This document shows positions 51,124 to 61,317 of a stretch of 64,000 nt of DNA, one piece after another (the first letter of the stretch is position 1; each line of letters begins with the position of its first letter). The stretch comes from a virus. Its lineage: Duplodnaviria; Caudoviricetes. The stretch is from positions 7,479 through 71,478 of the IMG/VR virus record IMGVR_UViG_2690315807_000002. One strand, 5' to 3'. The position numbers and the translations under genes are program-made. The notes below the pieces were generated by a model, which worked only from the letters and a program-made list of their open reading frames with translations, did not search any database and was not told the DNA's origin.

Positions 51124-54100
51124 GTGGCAAGTCTTACAGCTTATAAGTTTACCAATGCAGGTGGCACTGGACGGACGGGCGGTTCTCAGGCTCAGTTTGA
51201 CTCGGCATATAAAAATACTAATCTCGAAGGCAAGGTTACAACTTATTCAGGTATTCAGAGATGGGTAGTAGCAGCTTCCGGTACGTACCAACTTGAAGCT
51301 TGGGGCGCACAAGGAAGCGGAGGTAACGGTAACACTACCATTGGCGGTAAGGGTGCTTACTTAAAGTCTGAAGCGTACTTAAATGAAGGAGAAGTCCTCT
51401 ATATCTTAGTCGGTCAGGCAGGTACGTACAACGGCGCTTCTGTGAGTGACGGTTCAGGCGGCGGCGGTGGCGGTGCTTCTACAATCGCAAAGCAGTTGGA
51501 AAGCGGCGCATACACCATGACCCTATCCAGTTTGAGCGGTACGAAATTAACCCCTTTACTTGTTGCGGCAGGCGGCGGTGGCTCAAATGACGGTAGATAC
51601 CGTAGTCCTATTAACGGTTTAGCAGGGGCATGGACGATGTACGGAGCGCCAGCATCCAACGCCAACAACTTCACTGCATCGTTTCTTAATGGAGCAGTAG
51701 GTGGCACTTATACCCGTGGGGGTAGTACAGGTAACGGCGGCTTCGGCGGCGGCTCGGTAGCGGACGATAACCAAAGTCCTGGCGGCGGCTGGCATCAAGT
51801 AAATTTCCAAGCATATTCTTACTATGCGGGTACAGCCACAGGTACAAGCGGCACTCGCACAGGACAAGGCGCAGTAACTATAACAAAGCTGAATACTCCA
51901 CCAGATATAGTAGGTAATTTGGAAGACGGGCATCTGGTCAAGGCGACTATTAGTGATGCTGAGGATCACGATGCCTGTTACAGGATCCTAGTTAACGGAG
52001 TTCAAGCTTTTCCTAACCCTAGCGAGAAGGTTTGGACTGAATTTGCCCCTACACCTATAGCCATTGAATTTGATATCGCAGGAATTGTCCCTGCAACCAG
52101 CGGCAGTAATCTAGTAACAATTGAGCATAAGGATACTGAAGTAGGTGTTCCGTTAAACCTACTTATCCCTAAGTTCAATATACCTTCTATAGTTAACGCC
52201 AAGATACCTGACGACATTGGCGGGTCTATCGAAGTCCTTGAGAGAAGTGACTACAGTGGTTCGGTAGATATCTACACGCCGAACAAGTGGTACGGTGGCG
52301 GCTATATCATCAATGACCAATCAACGGAACTTAACTGGAACAGGGGTTCTATATCTGCTGGTCAGTGGACGGACGTAATCGGGGCAAGTACCGTAACGGC
52401 AACGTACAAATACCCTATACAGTACGTTCAAGGAACACCAATCGAATTAGAAGTCAACTATAATGTAGCATCGTACGGGTCGAACTATTACGCTGAACTA
52501 AACATGGGTCTCCTTCACATTTACTTTCACCGTGATTTGGATGACTTTATTCAGGTTCGTAGCGGCTCAGGCTGGATTAAACACATTGTGGGGGCTAACT
52601 TTACGAAAGGTAACAATGTATGGAAGCTGATTTACGGTAAGGAAGGCGATTATGAAGTGTACCGGAACGGTTCTCTTGTCGTAACAGGCAGAGCAACACT
52701 ACCTCCGACAATGACCGTAACGCCTACGTCCACAATCAACAATGAGCAGGTTTTCATTGATTACTTTACTGTTAGGATTATCCCTTACGGGCTGTATGAC
52801 GCACGTTCTACTGTTTATCCTTTGTTCCGTTCCGACAAGGACACGTACTACGAAGTAGTGAGCGACTACGGCTACGACGACCAAAGATACCTGACATTCA
52901 ACGGAACGAACACAGAAATCACGTTTGCTAAGGATTGGGGCACGACAGGGCAAGGCATCGATCCAATTACCGTAGAGGGCTGGTTTTGGCTCGACGGTGG
53001 TAGGACAACTCACTGTATTTGGGGTCACAACACTGCGGCGGGCGCTAATACACTCCTGCTTGGGGTTTGGGGCGGTCAGTACAACATTGATACGAACAAC
53101 GGAATGGCTACCACCTATGGCGACAAGACTTTCTCCCTGTACAACCAGTGGGTACATCTTGCGTTCTCTATCAACGGCGTAGTCGCTTCCATTTACGAGA
53201 ACGGTATTCTTAAATGGGAAGGCGTAGTCGGGGCAAGAGGTACTTACAACCGTAAGCCGCAGATAGGTCAGGATTATGATACAGCGACAAAGACTGACTA
53301 CTTCAAAGGGCGGATGCGTGACTTCCGTGTTTGGAACGAAGCGAGAACGCAAGAGCAAATAAGTTCCCACATGAATACATTGGTTATGGGCATCGAGCCG
53401 CATTTGATGGTCAACCTCCTGCTGAATGACGGCTCAGGTTCGATTGCTCAAGACAAGACACGTAGAGACTATGACGGGACTATCTTGGGTACACCAGTTT
53501 GGGGCGGCGACTACGCCTACACCCACAAACTCCGTTCATCCATTAATGTTGTATGGCGTGGCAACGATTCTCTCTACAGTAGCTTGACGGTTAACACTAA
53601 CGTCAACTATATGAAAGAGTTCGTTAACCCTGATAATAGGGTAGATATTACGCCTGTAATGACAGCGGACACCACTGGCGCTTACAAGACCGTAGCTTCT
53701 ACCTACCTTAATGCTACCTACCCTGCTTTCAAAGCCTTCAACCATGTTGTCACAGGCACAGGAGATTCATGGATAACTCCTGTAGCCAACCTGCCTGCAT
53801 CATTGGGCTTCTACTTCCCTGAAGGAGAACTTAAGCAGATAGCAGGGTATGCCATCAACATAACTAGGGGAGTAACTGAAGCCCCTAAGAGTTGGACAAT
53901 CGAAGCATCCTATGACCGTGGGGCTACTTGGAAAGTTATTCACGAAGTGGTCGGAAACGTTAGGACAGCAACAGGGTGGCAGTACCACACCATCCCTGCT
54001 CAGTACGAAGGGTACAACGTAGTACGTATTAACGTGACCGAAAACAATGGTAGTACCTCGTACCTGAGTATAGGTGAAATGTACTACTTTGCTTCTGAAT

Positions 54101-57100
54101 ACCTCTACGGATATCTACTTCCATCGAGCATCTTCATCCCTGAGAGGAACAACCTCTCCGGCTGGTTGTACGCCAACACAGGCATCTCCTATGACGGAAG
54201 CAAGTGGGGCAGTGAGAGAACATCCTATATCACCGCACGGCAAGGTGTTAACAATGACATTAAAGCCCGTGTCGCTGTAGCACTAGGCAACACCGCAATC
54301 GGTGAGATTGAGATTATCGGATTGCTTCATAACGGTATACCATCTTCGATACAGGTAAACGAGGTAAAGGAGATTGAAGGAAGTCTAAGGGCTAGGCAAA
54401 CTGAGTTCGATGAAGTAGACGGTAGCCTGACCGTTGTGAGACACGACAACTCTGAAATATCGGGGTGGATTCAAACAAGGTACGACAGAGATTTACCTGC
54501 TTCCCTGAAGATTCGAGCGGGGAACAAAATGTTGGCTTTGGTCAACATCGCACAGCCGCTATCGACAACGGTGAAATTCAATCCGGTTCGAGACGCATTC
54601 ATTCGTTCAGCGTTGCCTAAAATCAACTACGGCAGTGAGCAATCTTTGGTGGCTGGCTACGGAGCATCAAGAAATGAAGTTTACAGGTCACTCCTTGCAT
54701 TCGATGTTGCGCATGTAGTGGACTTGGTTGAAGGGTTTGAAGTATCCAAGGCTGAACTGAGATTCAAGTTTGCGAAGGGTTCTGCGAAGCCTACGAAAGA
54801 CATGAGACTGCACACAGCCCTTGCTAAGTGGACAGAACTTGGTGTTACGTGGGATAACAAACCTGAGATGGGCGAAGAGGTAGAAGGGGCGGGTACGTAC
54901 ACCGTCAACGAAGCCGATGCTTATATCGCATTCAACCTTACTGACCTAATTGTCAGTAAGAGGGAAGAGAAAGACCCAAGCGTAAATCTCTATCTGAAAG
55001 CTGTGGAAGAGATTGGACAGGCCCTTTACTTCTACTCGAAGGAGATGGGAGTCGATTACGCTCCTGAGTTGGTCGTAACCTATATTGACTACCGTATTTG
55101 GAGTTTCGACAAGTCGGAGATTACGGCAAGTATCTACCCTAAGAAACGTGCCAACAAAGACTTGAAGTCAAGCCTGACGGTTAAAGGTGTGGCAGGAGAC
55201 ACGAATTTACCTTCCTCCTTGCATGTACTACAGCCGGGGGAACGGGAAAGTAGCATCGCAGTTTCTCGACCTGATTACCCAATGTCTATGGAGATTAGGC
55301 AGTCGGATAAGCACGTTATCGACTCTAGCCTGACCATTCGAGAGGTCGGTATCTACGACTTCGCAGACGGTAAAATCATGGTCTCTCAACCTATGATGCA
55401 CGGCTCGATTATCGTACCTCACCATAAGGATATGCCTTCCAAGCTGACCGTAAGGCTTGATGGCTACGCTGAAATTTTCACTTGGCTGACGGCTAACCAA
55501 CCTGCCTTGTTCTCAACTATTAGTGTAATTCCTTACATTGATTGGACGGGGTCAATTACAGTACGGCGTTCGGGTGAAAGTGAAATCGACGGCAGTATCA
55601 CAGTAAGCACTCCTGATAGAGTCTGTACGATTTACGTTCCTTACATGGAGGACTTGGCTTCAAGCATTACGGTCAAGACTGCCATAGACCAAGACACGCC
55701 ATCGGTGCTAATGGTATCAAGGGACTTCATCTACAACTCGGTAGAAATTCTGAACAGGTACGAAAAAACATCTAGGATTCGAGTCAGAGGTAAAGACGAC
55801 TCGGGCATTGGCGGGGAAATCAACGTATCGTGGGGTCGCATCCCATCGAGCATCTTCGTAAGAGGACGTTCCGATATCCCGTCCACCGTAGCGGCTCGTA
55901 GAGAAGATTTTAGTGAGATTGACGCAGTAATCATCGTCAGCAGACCGGATTGGGTGGGGTCGATTCAACCAAGAATCCACACTGACCTGCAAGGCTCGGT
56001 AAGCGTAAGACGTGGTAAAGACGAAGACCTCACAGGTACTATTTACGTACTGGCTAGGAAGAACCTTCCTTCCAAGCTTGATGTAGTCGGGGCGAACATG
56101 ATTCCTTCGAGTATACACGTGCTCTCAGGCTACCTGAAGTCCAGTATCCTCGTTCCGTTGTACGGCAACAGCGAAATACCTTCCAGCCTGTTACCAAGGC
56201 TTAGAGGGGCTTTTGATATCGCTTCAAACATCTTCGTAGTGTCGAACTCCAATCTACCATCGGACGTGACCGTGAGACGTACTGAAGTCTCCGACATTCC
56301 TACTCAGATTGTGGCAAGGAAAAACGATGACAGCGAGATTCCTTCGACCATCAACACGATGCAGTACAGCTTGTTGGCGAGTAGCATCACAGCTAGAAGA
56401 GAAGCGACAGGAGACGTTCCATCGTCGGCATACGTACTCCATCACAAAGACATTACGGGTAGGATCTTCGTAAGAGGGTATGTATCCCTGCCGTCCGGTA
56501 TCTTGGTTACGATTCCTGCGGTCACTGATTTACCAGCCAGCATCTATCCTAAATCAAGGGAAGTAAGCGATATCCCTACAGGGCTTGACGTTAAGTTCCG
56601 TGGAAACAGCGACCTGAAAGCAAGCGTGGGCGTTCCGTACACAGGACGAATGAAAGCCATCGTAGACGTAGTTCCTCCGAAGAGAACGACACACGTTGCA
56701 ACGGCAGTTAAAGACTCGTATATCCGTGAGGGTATCCCGACACTGAACTACGGTGCAGAATCATCTCTCGTAATCGGCAACAAGGTTAGCGGCGGCGACC
56801 GATTCAGAACCCTCTTGCACTTTGATATTAAGGACGTACCACTCAACCAAGATATCGAGAATGTCGTCCTGAAGCTTCACTACTCTCCATCAAGTCCAGC
56901 ACCAACTAAGAAGTACCGTGTGATTGTAACCGGAGACTTTGATGAATACGGCGTAACGTGGAGAAACCAACCGTCCGTGGTTGGCGAAGTTACTCTCGAC
57001 AGCGGCAACTACGCAGTCAACAGTCCAGAACACTTTATCACGTTTAACATTACAGCGTTCGTAAAAGATGCGTACCTGAATCGTAAAACTGACTTGAGGT

Positions 57101-59640
57101 TCTACGTAGTCCCTATGGACGAGACTGAGGGCGGGGAGACTTGGTACTTCTCACGGGAGTCTGGAAAGGACGTTGCTCCAAAGGTTGAGGTTACTTACTT
57201 CGACAGCAGTCCGGTAAGCTACGGACGCTCAGAAATGCCTTCCTCCATCGGGGTAATCAGTTCCTTTGTCAAGCACGACATGCCATCGAAGATTAAAGTA
57301 GTTCCACCGCTGGATTGGATTTTGGTTGACAGACCAAACCTCACTCTCCACGCATGGGATAACGGCGGTCAAGACGGTGACATGGTAAACATCTACATCG
57401 TCAATAGTAAGTACCCTGAGCGTAAGTTGCTCAAGGAAAACTGGCTCATGCACATCCCTGCTAACATCACTCTCACGGACTACCTTGACATTGAGTTAGA
57501 AGAAGGCATGAACACCATCTACTACGAAGGTGTATCGAACGGTGGCACAGGTTCTCCGCTCACATCTGCTATCAGGTGGCAAGAGTATGGAAGCAGAAAC
57601 CATAACGCAACATTCCCACCTCTCATGGTGAAGGATGGCGCAGGTAACTGGATTCCAAGAACCAGCAACGAGTTTGAAGCCAGCATTGCCGCAAACGTGG
57701 GCACTATTGTCAATGGAAGATGGCAAGACCCTAAACCTTATCACACATGGAAGATTGTACGACCTGCTCACAGAAGCGTACCTTCCAGCCTTGAGGTTAC
57801 ACGGAACAACTGGTTAGAGTCAGCTATTACAGTGTCCGCTCCTAATAGACAGAGTAGTGTTACTGTCCAGCGTAGCGACCTGAGCGAGATTCCATCGAGT
57901 ATCAATGCAAGAAGCATGAACTTTACAGAGATGGTAGGTTTGATTGCGGTATCGAGACATGACCTTGGCAACTCGATTTATGTCAAGGAAAGATTCGACA
58001 TTCCGTCCTCGATTCGACCACGGGTAGTAGGGGATGCAGAACTGCAAACGTTCATCACCGTCTCTAGGGGTGACATGGGCGGCTCGGTAGAAGTAATTCC
58101 TGCGAACAGCTTGCCTTCCAGCATCACCGTAAGGGTTGGAGAAGACTTCGATATCTTAGCTACGATTGCAGTAAGTAAGCCTGACATTGATGGATCAATC
58201 AGCATTCTGGAACGGAATGACCTTCCTTCCAACATCATTGTCTCGACGACAATCGACAAAGATATCCTTGGCGTTATTATCGTAACCAAGCCTGACCTTG
58301 CGTCAGAGGTTTACGTTCTAAATAGATTCGGCATTCCATCAGTTATCGGAGTTCCTTTCAACGAAGAGGATACGCTGGCGGGAAGCATCGCAGTCAGTCG
58401 TCCAGACCTAACCACAAGCATCCATGTATCATACAGAGATGACCTTGAAGGTAGCATTAAGGCACGGGCGAAGGGAACAAGCGACATTCCTTCCACTATC
58501 TACGTTCGTGACCGTTACGATAAACCATCTCGCCTTGATGTAATTGGGGCAAGTATGTTGCCGTCCAGTATCCAAGTCCTCTCCGGTTGGCTGGCTAGTA
58601 CAATCAAAGTACCGACGTACAAGCAGGAAGACCTTGACAGTGTAATCACGGTACGCTTGTCGAGTGAGGGAAACATTGAATCGGGCATCAGCGTCACACA
58701 CCGATTCGATACGCCGTCAACGGTTGTCGTAAGAAGGGAAGAAGACAGTGATTTAGATGGAAGCCTGATGGTTCGTAGAACTGAATGGGCTGAAGCACCA
58801 TCGACAATCTTTGTTCGCCAGTTGCATGACACGCCGTCCACGGTTGTAGCTAGACAGTCTGATCTGCTTGACATTCCTGCGAACCTGTGGGTACTCGAAC
58901 GGGGCGACATGCCAGCAACAGTTTACGTGCGGTATCGCTCGGACTTGACCGGAAGTATTAGGGTAAGACGTAACGACTTAATCAATCTACCTGCAAGTGT
59001 TCACGCACGGGGTAGAATGGTTAACAACTTGCCTTCGGACATTAACGTGATGTTCAGAGGAAACTCTGACATTAAATCATGGATTGCCGTACCACCCCAC
59101 AACAAGATGACGGCTAAGATTGTCATTATCCCTGTGGGTGACTCGAACATTGAGTGCTCCATCACCGTCCGTCAGTCTGAGGATGGCGACCTGCTTTCGA
59201 GCATCGCAGTCAGAAGAACAGACAGCTACGATATGGTCAGCATTATCACCGTAAGACGTTCCGACGACAGTGACATTCCTTCTACGATTGACGTTTGGGA
59301 GAAGTCCCTGTTACCTTCTGAAGTAGCCGTAAGGCGCACAGAGGTTAGCGACCTGCCTTCCTTCATCACCGTACATGAAGTGAGTGACCTGCCAAGTACC
59401 ATTACGGCGAGACGCGCAGATTGGGATGATATCCCAAGCACCATCATAGCTAGCCAGTTTGGTGAGAGTGACCTGGCGTGCTCAATCACCGTTGCTCAAA
59501 CCATAAACATCGACCTCCCAAGTACAATTGACGTTTGGCATTTTAGAACCATCCCTTCCACTGTTTATGTATTGTATCATGCTGACGTTAACGGCTCTAT
59601 TGAGGTAATAGCTGACTACGGATACTGCTTCATCATGTAA
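51124..59640 (+). CDS. Giant 2838-aa adhesin/fibre: ALK/LTK-type Gly-rich domain, LamG, discoidin-like domain, two DNRLRE domains, 13-aa repeat stalk
   Basis: FTNAGGTGRTG...GIQRW...GTYQLEAWGAQG; FKGRMRDFRVWNEART; APKSWTIEAS; VRDAFIR...NYG and VKDSYIR...NYG; many (D/E)(L/I)PS(S/T)IxV repeats. Confidence 0.8.
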   Translation: MASLTAYKFTNAGGTGRTGGSQAQFDSAYKNTNLEGKVTTYSGIQRWVVAASGTYQLEAWGAQGSGGNGNTTIGGKGAYLKSEAYLNEGEVLYILVGQAGTYNGASVSDGSGGGGGGASTIAKQLESGAYTMTLSSLSGTKLTPLLVAAGGGGSNDGRYRSPINGLAGAWTMYGAPASNANNFTASFLNGAVGGTYTRGGSTGNGGFGGGSVADDNQSPGGGWHQVNFQAYSYYAGTATGTSGTRTGQGAVTITKLNTPPDIVGNLEDGHLVKATISDAEDHDACYRILVNGVQAFPNPSEKVWTEFAPTPIAIEFDIAGIVPATSGSNLVTIEHKDTEVGVPLNLLIPKFNIPSIVNAKIPDDIGGSIEVLERSDYSGSVDIYTPNKWYGGGYIINDQSTELNWNRGSISAGQWTDVIGASTVTATYKYPIQYVQGTPIELEVNYNVASYGSNYYAELNMGLLHIYFHRDLDDFIQVRSGSGWIKHIVGANFTKGNNVWKLIYGKEGDYEVYRNGSLVVTGRATLPPTMTVTPTSTINNEQVFIDYFTVRIIPYGLYDARSTVYPLFRSDKDTYYEVVSDYGYDDQRYLTFNGTNTEITFAKDWGTTGQGIDPITVEGWFWLDGGRTTHCIWGHNTAAGANTLLLGVWGGQYNIDTNNGMATTYGDKTFSLYNQWVHLAFSINGVVASIYENGILKWEGVVGARGTYNRKPQIGQDYDTATKTDYFKGRMRDFRVWNEARTQEQISSHMNTLVMGIEPHLMVNLLLNDGSGSIAQDKTRRDYDGTILGTPVWGGDYAYTHKLRSSINVVWRGNDSLYSSLTVNTNVNYMKEFVNPDNRVDITPVMTADTTGAYKTVASTYLNATYPAFKAFNHVVTGTGDSWITPVANLPASLGFYFPEGELKQIAGYAINITRGVTEAPKSWTIEASYDRGATWKVIHEVVGNVRTATGWQYHTIPAQYEGYNVVRINVTENNGSTSYLSIGEMYYFASEYLYGYLLPSSIFIPERNNLSGWLYANTGISYDGSKWGSERTSYITARQGVNNDIKARVAVALGNTAIGEIEIIGLLHNGIPSSIQVNEVKEIEGSLRARQTEFDEVDGSLTVVRHDNSEISGWIQTRYDRDLPASLKIRAGNKMLALVNIAQPLSTTVKFNPVRDAFIRSALPKINYGSEQSLVAGYGASRNEVYRSLLAFDVAHVVDLVEGFEVSKAELRFKFAKGSAKPTKDMRLHTALAKWTELGVTWDNKPEMGEEVEGAGTYTVNEADAYIAFNLTDLIVSKREEKDPSVNLYLKAVEEIGQALYFYSKEMGVDYAPELVVTYIDYRIWSFDKSEITASIYPKKRANKDLKSSLTVKGVAGDTNLPSSLHVLQPGERESSIAVSRPDYPMSMEIRQSDKHVIDSSLTIREVGIYDFADGKIMVSQPMMHGSIIVPHHKDMPSKLTVRLDGYAEIFTWLTANQPALFSTISVIPYIDWTGSITVRRSGESEIDGSITVSTPDRVCTIYVPYMEDLASSITVKTAIDQDTPSVLMVSRDFIYNSVEILNRYEKTSRIRVRGKDDSGIGGEINVSWGRIPSSIFVRGRSDIPSTVAARREDFSEIDAVIIVSRPDWVGSIQPRIHTDLQGSVSVRRGKDEDLTGTIYVLARKNLPSKLDVVGANMIPSSIHVLSGYLKSSILVPLYGNSEIPSSLLPRLRGAFDIASNIFVVSNSNLPSDVTVRRTEVSDIPTQIVARKNDDSEIPSTINTMQYSLLASSITARREATGDVPSSAYVLHHKDITGRIFVRGYVSLPSGILVTIPAVTDLPASIYPKSREVSDIPTGLDVKFRGNSDLKASVGVPYTGRMKAIVDVVPPKRTTHVATAVKDSYIREGIPTLNYGAESSLVIGNKVSGGDRFRTLLHFDIKDVPLNQDIENVVLKLHYSPSSPAPTKKYRVIVTGDFDEYGVTWRNQPSVVGEVTLDSGNYAVNSPEHFITFNITAFVKDAYLNRKTDLRFYVVPMDETEGGETWYFSRESGKDVAPKVEVTYFDSSPVSYGRSEMPSSIGVISSFVKHDMPSKIKVVPPLDWILVDRPNLTLHAWDNGGQDGDMVNIYIVNSKYPERKLLKENWLMHIPANITLTDYLDIELEEGMNTIYYEGVSNGGTGSPLTSAIRWQEYGSRNHNATFPPLMVKDGAGNWIPRTSNEFEASIAANVGTIVNGRWQDPKPYHTWKIVRPAHRSVPSSLEVTRNNWLESAITVSAPNRQSSVTVQRSDLSEIPSSINARSMNFTEMVGLIAVSRHDLGNSIYVKERFDIPSSIRPRVVGDAELQTFITVSRGDMGGSVEVIPANSLPSSITVRVGEDFDILATIAVSKPDIDGSISILERNDLPSNIIVSTTIDKDILGVIIVTKPDLASEVYVLNRFGIPSVIGVPFNEEDTLAGSIAVSRPDLTTSIHVSYRDDLEGSIKARAKGTSDIPSTIYVRDRYDKPSRLDVIGASMLPSSIQVLSGWLASTIKVPTYKQEDLDSVITVRLSSEGNIESGISVTHRFDTPSTVVVRREEDSDLDGSLMVRRTEWAEAPSTIFVRQLHDTPSTVVARQSDLLDIPANLWVLERGDMPATVYVRYRSDLTGSIRVRRNDLINLPASVHARGRMVNNLPSDINVMFRGNSDIKSWIAVPPHNKMTAKIVIIPVGDSNIECSITVRQSEDGDLLSSIAVRRTDSYDMVSIITVRRSDDSDIPSTIDVWEKSLLPSEVAVRRTEVSDLPSFITVHEVSDLPSTITARRADWDDIPSTIIASQFGESDLACSITVAQTINIDLPSTIDVWHFRTIPSTVYVLYHADVNGSIEVIADYGYCFIM

Positions 59641-59644
59641 GATG

Positions 59645-59681
59645 AAAAGCCCCTCCCATTACTAGGTAGGGGTTATTTTTT
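59645..59681. terminator. Probable bidirectional terminator between convergent genes
   Basis: AAAAGCCCCT...AGGGGTTATTTTTT. Confidence 0.6.
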
Positions 59682-59693
59682 AGGTAAAATTAC

Positions 59694-60552
59694 CTATATT
59701 GTAGTTGCGAGAGGATGGAATTCACTGAAAGAAGTCTGCTTATTCTTCTGAGATACCTTGGCGTAAATCTTGATTGTGGCGATATCTTCGTGACCTAGAT
59801 ACTCCTGAACAAGAGCCATGTCGCAACCTGCGTTAAGCATGTGCATGGCGAAGCTGTGACGGAAGACGTGGGGGCTGACATTCTAAGTGTTCAATGCCTG
59901 ATCTTGCGGCAACTCTCTTAACAATTTTGTAGATACTCTCCCTAGACATATGAACAGTGTCATTCAACTTACTAGGAAGTAGCCAACCGGATGAAACATT
60001 GTGGTGCTTTATGTACATCTTGATAAGGACAAGCGTTGTCATGGATAGGGCTGAGTCTTTCTTTGTCGCCTTTACCGACAATGCGAATATTCTTTTCTAC
60101 GAAGTTGATGCTCTCTAATTTAATCGTGGCAATCTCACTGACCCGACCAGCTAGCCCGGACAGCAATTCGAGAACCATTTGGTCTTTCAGTCGCTGCTCG
60201 GAAGCTGTGTCAATCAGGTTGGTAACGTCAACTTCAGAGATGGCTTTAGGTAGGGATTTTATTACCCACCGTACTTTGGTGGCGGGTGACTCTTGAATGA
60301 CTCTCCCAATTTCCATTAAAAGAAGATCTTCAGGGCACACAACATTGGATTAATAGTAGACCTTGCTCTACCAAGACAGTCAAAGTGCGTTATGTACTTT
60401 CTAATTTGAGACGGCTCGATAGCTGTTACTTCGGGAGGTGTTCTTTCAAAGGATAAAAAGCCTTTAATATCCCGTGCATAGTTTTCTATGGTCAATCCAG
60501 ACAAGTCTTTATCTGTTTGTAGGTAGAGTAGGAATGCCTCAACATAATTCAT
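59694..60552 (-). pseudogene. XerC/D-like tyrosine recombinase, multiply frameshifted
   Basis: Fragments in different frames: TIENYARDI (SAM domain), GRVSEI, GKGDKER, SPHVFRHSFA, YLGHEDIATIKIY. Confidence 0.85.
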
Positions 60553-60657
60553 TATTACATCTCTGCCGTTGTCTTAGTAACATAACCCATTTATATACCG
60601 GATTATGTGAATTATCAACACACCCACAAACAGACAGAGAAAGGTCAGGTGATAGAT

Positions 60658-60969
60658 GTGGATGTAGGGGTAATCACTGCAATCCTTGGTCTGGTAGGCT
60701 CTGCCGTGACTGGCATAATTGGCTACGCCAGCGGTAAGAACAACAATAAGGTGACTGATAGGGAACTGCTCTCCAAGGACGAGCAAGCCTTTCGTGAAAG
60801 GTTGATTGAAAGGCTTACCTCTTCTGAAGAGAAGATTGAAAGATTGAGTAACGAAGTAATCACGCTTCGTCAGGAAAACATGGAACTTATTGCTGAAAAT
60901 AGGCTACTGAACAACAAGGTAGAGCAGTTGGTGGCTCAACTCTCAAGACGGAGGGGAGACGTGCGATAA
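60658..60969 (+). CDS. Membrane-anchored coiled-coil lysis-cassette protein
   Basis: N-terminal TM helix then coiled coil; first gene of the lysis cluster. Confidence 0.6.
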   Translation: MDVGVITAILGLVGSAVTGIIGYASGKNNNKVTDRELLSKDEQAFRERLIERLTSSEEKIERLSNEVITLRQENMELIAENRLLNNKVEQLVAQLSRRRGDVR

Positions 60970-60970
60970 G

Positions 60971-61312
60971 ATGATGAAGTTTGTAAAGAATGCTTTCTGG
61001 AACGACAATGACGGGTTCTCTGCAAAGGACTTCTTGATGGTTCTGTTCAGTGGACTGTTCGCTCTCTTTCTACTCATTGCATTCTTTGCGCCATTCTTCG
61101 GGGTGGCGGTGAGCGCAGTATCGGTCGGAGCGATTAATAGCTTGAGTACAGTGGTCATGACTATCGTGGGCGGGATATTTGCCGTACAGACTGTAAAAGA
61201 GCTCAAAACCACCAATTCAGAAACTCCCTTTACAGTGCCTGAGCATTCTCTAGTAGAAAGTGTCCTTACTGTGGAGGGAACTAAAGTAGATAATACACCG
61301 AAAATTCAATAG
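60971..61312 (+). CDS. Holin-like two-TM protein
   Basis: Two hydrophobic segments; upstream of the amidase. Confidence 0.6.
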   Translation: MMKFVKNAFWNDNDGFSAKDFLMVLFSGLFALFLLIAFFAPFFGVAVSAVSVGAINSLSTVVMTIVGGIFAVQTVKELKTTNSETPFTVPEHSLVESVLTVEGTKVDNTPKIQ

Positions 61313-61317
61313 AAAGG

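Noticed and set aside
20443-59489. Numerous short minus-strand and nested ORFs in the six-frame track
   Set aside because: They are shadows of long plus-strand genes, with no RBS or recognisable motifs
59694-60552. Invertase-driven tail-fibre shufflon
   Set aside because: No inverted fibre cassettes or flanking inverted repeats seen, and the recombinase is broken
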